From positions 1,561 to 65,560 of the forward strand of contig JAUXRN010000075.1 in the NCBI GenBank assembly GCA_030681835.1: a stretch of DNA of 64,000 nt. The letters run 5' to 3'. Positions 19,398 to 26,916 of this stretch are shown here, piece after piece. The stretch is from Actinomycetota bacterium (GTDB lineage Bacteria > Actinomycetota > Actinomycetes > S36-B12). The position numbers were made by a program, and so were the translations under genes. The notes beneath the pieces are model-generated. The model was not told the origin of the DNA and ran no database searches. It saw only the letters and a program-made list of their open reading frames with translations. Position 1 is the first letter of the stretch. Every line of letters starts with the position of its first letter.

Positions 19398-20041
19398 CGA
19401 GCGCACCCGAAGAACGCCTCGCGGAGGCCTTGCGACTCCTGGATCACCACCGTGAGGCATTTCATGCAGTGGTGGATGTCGCCTCGGAGACGGGGCACCC
19501 GGTTCCAATGGACACACGTGGTTGGTCCCAGATCATCGTGAGTGTCCTGACCGGCGTCCACGGGCTGGATCGCAAGAAAGGCGCCGATCTTGACGACGGT
19601 TCGGACGTCAAGGGCGCCAACACGTGGCACGCCATAGACACCCCACGGTTCAACGGAGTGGTCAAGGCTGGCACCCAGGCCGACGCATCCGACAGCATCG
19701 CCAGCCTCGACGCCATGCCCTACCTGTACTTCGTTCTCTGGGACACGTCGCCTCGTGGCCGCGATCGATGCCGAATCTGGGTCGTGCGTCCTGACACTGA
19801 TCCCGTGTTCCGGGCCATGGCTGATGACTGGTACGAGCAGCGGGCCATCGGCACCATCAAGTCGAACAACTTCCAGCTGCACCCTCCTCGGGGCAAGGAC
19901 TCTGACGAGATTCGGAACAGTTGCGGCAACTTGTTGTACCCGCTCTTCTTTGCCGCCGAGGTGGGTTCCAGCGACGAGTACGAGATCACAACCTACGATC
20001 CCGCTGTCCTAGTAAGCGGCATTTGTCGTCCATCTCGCTAG
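19394..20041 (+). CDS. Putative type II restriction endonuclease (PD-(D/E)XK-like)
   Basis: ATGA overlap with the C gene. It has the candidate catalytic motif GADLDDGSDVKGAN (D...D-x-K). The position is classic for the R gene of a C-R operon. The family was not identified. Confidence 0.6.
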   Translation: MTSAPEERLAEALRLLDHHREAFHAVVDVASETGHPVPMDTRGWSQIIVSVLTGVHGLDRKKGADLDDGSDVKGANTWHAIDTPRFNGVVKAGTQADASDSIASLDAMPYLYFVLWDTSPRGRDRCRIWVVRPDTDPVFRAMADDWYEQRAIGTIKSNNFQLHPPRGKDSDEIRNSCGNLLYPLFFAAEVGSSDEYEITTYDPAVLVSGICRPSR

Positions 20042-20203
20042 AGCGCCCGGGCGACTGCTATGTGTGCCCATCGTCCAGCTTGCACGACAACGGCCTCCCC
20101 AATTAGCAGTGAACGGACCAGTTCAGGGCTGACCCCGGTACTGCTGCTGGAGGCGGCCGCTCGTTGCTGTTCGGACGCCAAATCCGTCCACGCTCTGGGT
20201 CCT

Positions 20204-20515
20204 TCAGGGTGCGGATTGTGGGTCGACGATGGGTAACTCCACGTCAACTGTCAAGATGCCGCGATCCACGTAGCCGCCCCACTCCATCGCACTCATTCCG
20301 GATTCCACATACGCTTCACCAACAACTTGCACGGTGCCGTCGGGGAGCGTGGTCGCCCCGGTGATCTCATAGCCACCGATGTCGCCGTTGTCGTCGAAGA
20401 ACGCCTCGACGGCGGCCGTCACCTGTTCCTGGGTCACTCGGACGCGGACGGCGAAGGGTATCGCCATTAGGTCGGAGTCCGCGCCCGACTCTTCCTCGCC
20501 ACCTTCAACGTTCAT
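20204..20515 (-). CDS. Small acidic hypothetical protein (103 aa), downstream partner of the 410-aa gene
   Basis: ATG 20515 is preceded by a strong RBS (AGGAGGAG, 6-7 nt upstream). The protein is Asp/Glu-rich with no recognisable motif. Confidence 0.65.
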   Translation of the reverse strand: MNVEGGEEESGADSDLMAIPFAVRVRVTQEQVTAAVEAFFDDNGDIGGYEITGATTLPDGTVQVVGEAYVESGMSAMEWGGYVDRGILTVDVELPIVDPQSAP

Positions 20516-20693
20516 GTCGTCTCCTCCTACTTCACCTTGTCATCGAATTGAGCCCGGTCCACGCCGTTTGTGGCCGCGAGGCTTTCAAGTATTCAGCTAT
20601 CTCCTGCCAGATTCCGGGCAGACGATCACCTGTTCGTCTTGCTTCCAAAGCGCCTCCGCAGGTACTCGCCGCGTTGCCTAACTGGGATTCTGC

Positions 20694-21926
20694 CTATGAA
20701 TGTGGCATCGGAGTGGGACTGACAAGGTCGTCGAGTTGTACGAGCCACTGTGTTCCGAGTGCCGCTGCGGCTCGCTGCTCGAGTTCGGACACCTGCGAAG
20801 TGCGCTGCCAGTCCCAGGCTTGGTTGAGGTCATCGCGGCTGGGTTGCCGAGGCGTTCGGGGCCGCTTCAACCCGGCCCGGTCACACAGGAGCGCCAGCGA
20901 TAGGTCACCGAAAACCCATGTGCCGCGGAGACCACCAAAGCCGTAGGGCGAGGAATAGTAGACCCCGCCGTCGAGAAAGGCGTGGCACTCCGAGATCGAG
21001 GAGTACATGCTGACACCGGAACTGTTGTTGACCGCCTGCAGGTTCGCCAAAGCCATGAACACCCGCTGGAGGATGGCTTCGTCGGCGTTCGCTTTGAACG
21101 CGTACACGTGTGAGGCCCCACGGGAGCGCGAGAAGGCATGTGACCACAGCAACACGGGGCGATCCTCCCTGAGGAATCCCTCGGCAGTGAGATCCCGGGC
21201 AAGGATGCCCTCACCACGGAAGGCGCAAGCTTGATCGAGCGTGACGCCTCTCTGGGCGTAGCCGGTCGCGGACAGGTAGCTGAATCCCGCTTCGACCCAC
21301 GGCTCGACCTGCTGGGGATTCGCGAAGCCCTTCGACAGAATGCCGGCATCCTTTGCGGCAAAGCCCGCGTCACGCCACGAGAGCCAGACCGGCAGGGCCC
21401 AACCGAAGTGGTCGAACCACTCCTCGACGGCGTAGTCACCGAAGCCGGCGTCGAATGCAGCAAGGATCTGGTCCGCGGTAAGCATCGTCTGCAGAAGACG
21501 GCTACTCACCGTCACCTTGCCGCCACGGTTCGCCCAGTCGACGGCGAGCCGGGCGAACTCGTCCAACGAGTAGTGCTCGATCCAGGCGAGGTGGTCCCGG
21601 TTGAGGTGGTTCACCCCTAGTTCGCGCAATTGCATGGCGGCAACGGGCTCAATCAACGAGTCGTACATGGTCGCGTCCCACCTCATGCGGTCGCCCGGCG
21701 GGGGCATGCCCGCGGCTAGCCATTCCTTCGCCCTATCGATGCTCATTCCGCTTCCACGGCAGTGATTGGCGCTGTTCAAGGTGAAGCCGATGTCCCGCCA
21801 CGCCGATGCCTCTTCAGGGGCGTAGTCCATGCGGCCCCACTGGAACGCTTCGTCCTCGTCGAAACCGGCCGCCGCCCACGCGGCGAGTTCCTGCGGTGTC
21901 TGTTTGGACGTGTAGGTGCTGCCCAC
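20694..21926 (-). CDS. Hypothetical 410-aa protein with degenerate W-x-x-A-G-F repeats; no recognisable domain
   Basis: GTG 21926 has a G-rich RBS. Repeated motifs are LAAWAAAGF, ASAWRDIGF, AKEWLAAGM, ILAAFDAGF, LSWRDAGF and VEPWVEAGF. It is divergent from the Nudix gene. Confidence 0.7.
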   Translation of the reverse strand: MGSTYTSKQTPQELAAWAAAGFDEDEAFQWGRMDYAPEEASAWRDIGFTLNSANHCRGSGMSIDRAKEWLAAGMPPPGDRMRWDATMYDSLIEPVAAMQLRELGVNHLNRDHLAWIEHYSLDEFARLAVDWANRGGKVTVSSRLLQTMLTADQILAAFDAGFGDYAVEEWFDHFGWALPVWLSWRDAGFAAKDAGILSKGFANPQQVEPWVEAGFSYLSATGYAQRGVTLDQACAFRGEGILARDLTAEGFLREDRPVLLWSHAFSRSRGASHVYAFKANADEAILQRVFMALANLQAVNNSSGVSMYSSISECHAFLDGGVYYSSPYGFGGLRGTWVFGDLSLALLCDRAGLKRPRTPRQPSRDDLNQAWDWQRTSQVSELEQRAAAALGTQWLVQLDDLVSPTPMPHS

Positions 21927-22070
21927 GGTCGTTGCCCCTTCCCCCGGGTCCCACTATGTACCGGTCGTCTGGCGGTCTCCTGCTGATTCGCCCGGAGGGA
22001 GCCGATGCCCACACAGCACAGCCCGCCCTGTCGCACTGAATCTGTAAGCTCCAGGGACGAGGGAGGCACG

Positions 22071-22466
22071 GTGACAAGGCGGATTCGCGTGGTGGGGGCC
22101 GCGGTTCTCCACGACGGACTCATACTCTGCGCTCAACGTGGCCCACAAGGGAACCTGGCTGGCCTTTGGGAGTTCCCAGGAGGAAAGATCGAGCCAGGGG
22201 AATCACCCGCAGTTGCGCTTGAGCGCGAGATACGCGAGGAACTGGACTGCTCGGTCGAGGTTGGGCGCGAGATCACAACGACGACCCACGAGTACGACTT
22301 CGGTGTCGTCACTCTGACGACGTTCTACTGTCGCCTCGTGGCCGGTACGCCGACGCTAACCGAGCACGTAGCCCTCAAGTGGCTGCGACCAGACGAGCTC
22401 GACACCATCACTTGGGCGCCTGCCGACCTCCCGGCGGTGGCCATGATCCAGGCGGATCACGCCTGA
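22071..22466 (+). CDS. MutT/NudG-like Nudix hydrolase ((deoxy)nucleoside triphosphate pyrophosphohydrolase)
   Basis: GTG 22071 follows GGGAGG. Nudix box GGKIEPGESPAVALEREIREELD, preceded by LWEFPGG. The stop overlaps the helicase start (TGATG). Confidence 0.85.
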   Translation: MTRRIRVVGAAVLHDGLILCAQRGPQGNLAGLWEFPGGKIEPGESPAVALEREIREELDCSVEVGREITTTTHEYDFGVVTLTTFYCRLVAGTPTLTEHVALKWLRPDELDTITWAPADLPAVAMIQADHA

Positions 22467-25366
22467 TGGAAAGCGATCTCATCTGGGCCGATCGCTTCAA
22501 CCGCGACATCCAGTACGGCTATGTGGGAAGCCAGGCAGCGGGGCCAGGGCACTACAACCCAAGGCTGGTGCTCAACCAGGACGGGCGAACCGTCGAACAC
22601 GCACTCGTCGAGGAACTCGAGCTAGGCGGCGACTTCACGTTCTCGGTTGCCTTCATCTCCGCCGGAGCCATAGCGCAGCTGAAGCAGCACCTGCTTGAAC
22701 ACAGGGGCAATGGGAGAATCGTCACGTCAGACTTCCTCCGCTTCAACAATCCGCGGGCCTTCGCAGAGCTACTGAACCTCAAGAAGCACCTGGGCATCGA
22801 CGTCAGACGCCACGCAGCCGAGGGGTTCCATCCCAAGGGCTACATATTCCAACGGCCCCGGAGTGTTACTGCCATGATCGGCAGCTCGAACCTCACGAAC
22901 CGGGCTCTATCACAGAACCACGAATGGAATCTCAAAGTCTCGGCGGCCGCGGGCAGTGACCTTGCCGCACAGCTGATGAGGCTTCTCGACGATCAGATCG
23001 CCGCGTCCGAGCCACTGACTCAAGAGTGGATCGACGAATACGCGGCCACGTACGTCGCGCCCCCGAGTCGCGAAATAGGAAGGACCACGCTTCCTGGAGA
23101 GCCTTCGCTCGGTTCCCCAATCGAGCCCAACAGCATGCAGCAAGATGCTCTTCTCGCTCTGGATCTCGCCAGGGCACAGGGAAACAAACGCGCGATCGTC
23201 ATCTCGGCCACCGGAACAGGGAAGACGATGCTCTCCGCGCTGGACGTGCGTTCAGTAGACCCGAAACGCATGCTCTTTGTCGTCCACCGAGAGCAGATTC
23301 TTGCTCGCACGATTCGGGAGTATCAGCGGGTACTGCAAGGTCCTCCCACGAACTATGGCCTGCTCACCGGAACAAGCAAGCAACTGGACCGACGCTACGT
23401 CTTTGCCACCATCCAGACGCTGTCGCAAGAGGCCACTCTCACTTCCTTGCCATACGACGCCTTCGACTACGTCATCATCGACGAGGCGCATCGAGCTGGG
23501 GCTGCTTCGTATCAGCGAGTGATCGAGAGGCTCCGGCCTAGCTTTCTGCTTGGTATGACCGCAACGCCGGAACGAACTGACGGGTTCAACGTCTTTGAAC
23601 TCTTCGACTACAACGTCCCGTACGAGATTCGACTCAGCAAGGCGCTCGAAGCAGAGATGCTGTCGCCTTTCCACTACTACGGAATCTCCGACGTGGTCTA
23701 CGAAGGCGCCGGTACGACCACAGATGACACACCTCTTCACCTGTTGATTTCCCCCGAACGAGTGGAACATCTCATTCGAGCACTGGAGCTTTACGGTCAG
23801 GCAGGGGTGGCTCCACGAGGCCTGATCTTCTGTAGCCGCCGGGAGGAAAGCCACAGACTCGCCGAAGAGCTGAACCAACGCTCCCTGCGGGGCCGGCCTC
23901 TGCGAACAGTCGCACTTACCGGCGAGGATTCCATCGAAACCCGCGAACGCCGGGTCGCCCAACTGGAGGCTGGAGAGCTCGACTACATCCTCACTGTCGA
24001 CGTATTCAACGAAGGCGTCGATATCCCGAGCCTGAACCAAGTCGTCATGCTTCGGCAGACGCAGTCCGCAATCGTGTTCGTTCAGCAGTTGGGTCGAGGT
24101 TTGCGCCTCGCCGAGGGGAAGGAGTACCTGGCGGTCATTGACTTCATCGGCAACTACACCAACAACTTCCTCATTCCGATCGCACTGTTTGGCGATGACT
24201 CCCTTAACCGCGAGTCGCTTCGAGAGCGCTTGAATGAGGCAGTTGAAGGGGGCGCTCTCCCGGGCCTGTCAAGCGTCAGCTTCGACGAGATCGCTCGTGA
24301 CCGAATCCTGGAGTCGATCAAGCAGACGCAGCTCGACAGCATGGCGAACCTGAAGAACGCCCTCCTAGCGATGAGAAACCGAGTGGGCGGTGTGCCCAAA
24401 CTCTGGGACTTCTACCGCTTCCGCTCAGTGGATCCGGTGCTACTGGCCACGAAGAAGGAGCATTACCCCGCGCTAGCGCAATCCCTGCTTCGAGTCGATT
24501 CCATGCTTAGCTCGAGTGAATCGCGGGCTCTGGATCTCCTCTCACACGAGGTTCTCGCAAGCAAGCGCATGCACGAGTTCGTCCTCCTTGAGCTGCTCCT
24601 CGCGACTGGGGCCGTCACTTTGTCCGATATCCGCGATGCATTCGCCTTGGCTGACATTCCAAGCGATCCCTCACACATCACAAGCGCCGTCGACACGCTC
24701 ACGTTGACGGGTTACGCGCAGGCAGATGTCACCCGGTATCAGACCGGCATCGCGGAACGCCATGACGACACGGTGCGACTTACTGAGGAGTTTCGAGTCG
24801 CGTACGCCGAATCATCCGCCCTGAGTGACGCTGTTGCTGATCTCGTGAAGACCGGCAAGGAGCTCACTCGCGACCGCTATGAGGCGGGTCTTCCGTTCAC
24901 GTCGGGTATGCAGTACTCCCGACGAGATGCCGCCCGCATCGTCGGATGGCCTCGCGCCTTTGCCTCGACCATCTATGGCTATAAGACCGACGAGGCCACC
25001 GGCGTTTGTGCGATCTTTGTGACGCTTCACAAGTCCAGCGAAATCGACGCGAGCACAGCGTATGAAGACCAGTTGCTGGACCCGTCAACGATGCGGTGGT
25101 TCTCCAGAAGTAGGCGGACTCTGGAGAGTAGGGAGGTGAGGCTGGTCGTGGACGGCTTGGTTCACGTGCACGTATTCGTCAAGAAGGACGACGCAGAGGG
25201 CAGCGACCACTACTACCTGGGGCCAGCCACGGCAACCGAAGCCGAGGAAACGACCATGCCGGACGGCGACGGAAGGCCCCTGTCGGTGGTGACCATGCTG
25301 CTCAAATTCGACCAACCGATCAAACAGGGCCTATTCGACTACTTCCATCCGCTCCACGTTGGCTGA
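22466..25366 (+). CDS. PLD-family nuclease domain + SF2 (DEAH) helicase + large C-terminal domain (DUF3427-type architecture)
   Basis: PLD HKD motif (FHPKGYIF...IGSSNLT). Helicase motifs ATGTGKT (I), IIDEAHR (II), MTATPER (III) and QQLGRGLR (VI). The C-terminal ~330 aa carry no motif I can name. ATG 22466 was chosen over the upstream run-on. Confidence 0.85.
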   Translation: MESDLIWADRFNRDIQYGYVGSQAAGPGHYNPRLVLNQDGRTVEHALVEELELGGDFTFSVAFISAGAIAQLKQHLLEHRGNGRIVTSDFLRFNNPRAFAELLNLKKHLGIDVRRHAAEGFHPKGYIFQRPRSVTAMIGSSNLTNRALSQNHEWNLKVSAAAGSDLAAQLMRLLDDQIAASEPLTQEWIDEYAATYVAPPSREIGRTTLPGEPSLGSPIEPNSMQQDALLALDLARAQGNKRAIVISATGTGKTMLSALDVRSVDPKRMLFVVHREQILARTIREYQRVLQGPPTNYGLLTGTSKQLDRRYVFATIQTLSQEATLTSLPYDAFDYVIIDEAHRAGAASYQRVIERLRPSFLLGMTATPERTDGFNVFELFDYNVPYEIRLSKALEAEMLSPFHYYGISDVVYEGAGTTTDDTPLHLLISPERVEHLIRALELYGQAGVAPRGLIFCSRREESHRLAEELNQRSLRGRPLRTVALTGEDSIETRERRVAQLEAGELDYILTVDVFNEGVDIPSLNQVVMLRQTQSAIVFVQQLGRGLRLAEGKEYLAVIDFIGNYTNNFLIPIALFGDDSLNRESLRERLNEAVEGGALPGLSSVSFDEIARDRILESIKQTQLDSMANLKNALLAMRNRVGGVPKLWDFYRFRSVDPVLLATKKEHYPALAQSLLRVDSMLSSSESRALDLLSHEVLASKRMHEFVLLELLLATGAVTLSDIRDAFALADIPSDPSHITSAVDTLTLTGYAQADVTRYQTGIAERHDDTVRLTEEFRVAYAESSALSDAVADLVKTGKELTRDRYEAGLPFTSGMQYSRRDAARIVGWPRAFASTIYGYKTDEATGVCAIFVTLHKSSEIDASTAYEDQLLDPSTMRWFSRSRRTLESREVRLVVDGLVHVHVFVKKDDAEGSDHYYLGPATATEAEETTMPDGDGRPLSVVTMLLKFDQPIKQGLFDYFHPLHVG

Positions 25367-25495
25367 AGGGTCAGGTACCGAAGCCGGCTTCCGGGCCGAA
25401 AGACGCGAGGCGGCCTTCCGGATCCGTGTGCCACTCCCGTGCGTCGGACTCGGGGGCTAACGTGACCAGCAGCACTTAGCCTGCGCGGGGGTTCC

Positions 25496-26596
25496 ATGTC
25501 GACACTGCACGTAACAGACGCTCGAGCCGTCGAGAAAGCCCTCGACGAATTTGACCAAATAGGCCGCGACGAGTTCCTTCGCCGATATCGGTTTGGCAGG
25601 GCCCGCGCCTACTTCATTGTTCGCAACGGCAAGAAGTACGACTCCAAGGCCGTACTCGGTGCTGCGCATATGTTCCAGTTCGGCCGAGCCCTGCCACACG
25701 AGGAGTTCAGCGGAGGCGACGCCGGCGCAGCCCGCGAGCTTCGCCAACTCGGATTCACCGTGGTCGGGCCCGAAAGCACTCCGGTCCAAGCCGAGGTGAG
25801 GCCACAGACATTCATCCTTACCTGGAACTCGCTCAAGTGGGACTGGAACACGGGTGGCCGCCCGAACGCCATCGAGGCGACCGCGCTAGGTGAGCGGGTG
25901 CCGGACCGCTGGGCCACGGGAGTCCGCAGCGGAGGTATCCGGCCAGGTGACCGCGCGTTCCTATTGCAGCAGGGACCCCTTCGCGGCCTAGTCGCATCGG
26001 GCTGGTTCACCTCTGAGGTCTTCCAGGAACCGCACTGGGACGGAGCCCCGAGCAAGTTCGCCAACTACGCGAGCGTGTCTTGGGACAGAGTCTTGTCAGA
26101 CAACGCGATGCTCGATATCGACGACATCAAGGATCAAGTCCCCGGGTTGAATTGGGACCGTATCCAAGGCTCGGGGGTTCAGCTGCCGGCAGACGGGGCG
26201 CTCCAACTCGAGGCGCTGTGGACGGGCGATGAGCCGTTCACCAGCCCTGAGGAGGAGGGCGCCGAAACTCTCACTGAGGGGTCCCTCGCCAGGGTCACTG
26301 TGAATCGCTACGAGCGAAACCCGGCCGCGCGAGCTGCATGCCTCGCACACTACGGATCAGTGTGCGCCGTATGCGACATGTCATTCGGCGACCGTTACGG
26401 AAGCATCGGCGAGGGCTTCATACACGTGCATCACCTAAGGGAGATTTCGACGATCGGCCAGGAGTACACGATCGATCCCATCGTGGACCTGCGCCCGGTG
26501 TGCCCAAACTGCCACGCAATGCTGCACAAGCAGACACCGGCCTTCACTCCCGAGGAGCTCAGACGCTTACTCCTCGCAGAGGATCACGAGTTATGA
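25496..26596 (+). CDS. McrA-like type IV (modification-dependent) HNH endonuclease with a PUA/EVE-like middle domain
   Basis: C-terminal HNH (CAVCDMSF...IHVHHLREIS...PVCPNCHAMLH). The middle domain is EVE/PUA-like (FILTWNSLKWDW...GDRAFLLQQG...GLVASGWF). The N-terminal module DEFDQIGRDEFLRRYRFGRARAYFIVRNGKKYDSKAVLGAAH is common at the N-termini of type IV enzymes. Confidence 0.8.
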   Translation: MSTLHVTDARAVEKALDEFDQIGRDEFLRRYRFGRARAYFIVRNGKKYDSKAVLGAAHMFQFGRALPHEEFSGGDAGAARELRQLGFTVVGPESTPVQAEVRPQTFILTWNSLKWDWNTGGRPNAIEATALGERVPDRWATGVRSGGIRPGDRAFLLQQGPLRGLVASGWFTSEVFQEPHWDGAPSKFANYASVSWDRVLSDNAMLDIDDIKDQVPGLNWDRIQGSGVQLPADGALQLEALWTGDEPFTSPEEEGAETLTEGSLARVTVNRYERNPAARAACLAHYGSVCAVCDMSFGDRYGSIGEGFIHVHHLREISTIGQEYTIDPIVDLRPVCPNCHAMLHKQTPAFTPEELRRLLLAEDHEL

Positions 26597-26747
26597 GGGA
26601 GCGTCTCGGACCCTGTGGACAACGGCTCTTTTCTGCCCGCACTTCTGTCCTTTCTTTGTGGTTCTCAGTGCGTCTTGGTGAGTCTGGGTGCGCGAAAACT
26701 TCTCAATACCAACAACTACCAGAGTCCGATTCTCGAGGGGGAGGGTC

Positions 26748-26789
26748 TGAGAATTGGAAGGGGCTGCGTTTCGCCCACCCCTGGCCACC
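26748..26789 (+). repeat. Degenerate direct repeat of the tRNA-Phe 3' half (att remnant / pseudo-tRNA fragment)
   Basis: tgagaattggaaggggctgcgtttcgcccacccctggccacc aligns with tRNA-Phe tgaaaatcggaaggtcggcggttcgaccccgcccctggccacc. The terminal 12 nt are identical. Confidence 0.65.
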
Positions 26790-26916
26790 GCTCTCCCCTC
26801 ACGAGGCCTCTCTGAGGCCGGGCCCTACGCATCGCCGGTCGCCTCCCCCGTGCGGCTATACCGGCACCCGGGTCAATCGGCTAGACGCTGCCGGCAGGTT
26901 CGGTCGGTGTCGGCTG

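Larger units (their letters stand above)
16700..26789. mobile_element. Genomic (defence) island integrated at the 3' end of tRNA-Phe; no integrase detected (probably immobilised)
   Basis: It starts right after the intact tRNA-Phe and ends at a degenerate copy of the tRNA 3' half (26748-26789). GC is visibly lower than in the flanks. Its content is R-M, Nudix/helicase-nuclease, HNH type IV and unknown genes. Confidence 0.7.

Noticed and set aside
22379-22465. Upstream extension of the helicase ORF (start at 22379)
   Set aside because: The extension overlaps the 3' end of the Nudix gene and translates to an Arg/His/Gly-rich peptide. ATG 22466, in a TGATG coupling junction followed by MESDLIW, is far more plausible.
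26597-26747. Pyrimidine-rich AT-richer noncoding stretch at the island's right edge as a possible sRNA or retron-like ncRNA
   Set aside because: I could not find a convincing stem-loop structure, promoter or terminator by eye, and there is no reverse transcriptase nearby. I treat it as island-edge noncoding DNA.
16700-26789. Prophage interpretation of the island
   Set aside because: No capsid, portal, terminase, tail or lysis genes are recognisable. The content is defence-only, so I call it a genomic island rather than a prophage.
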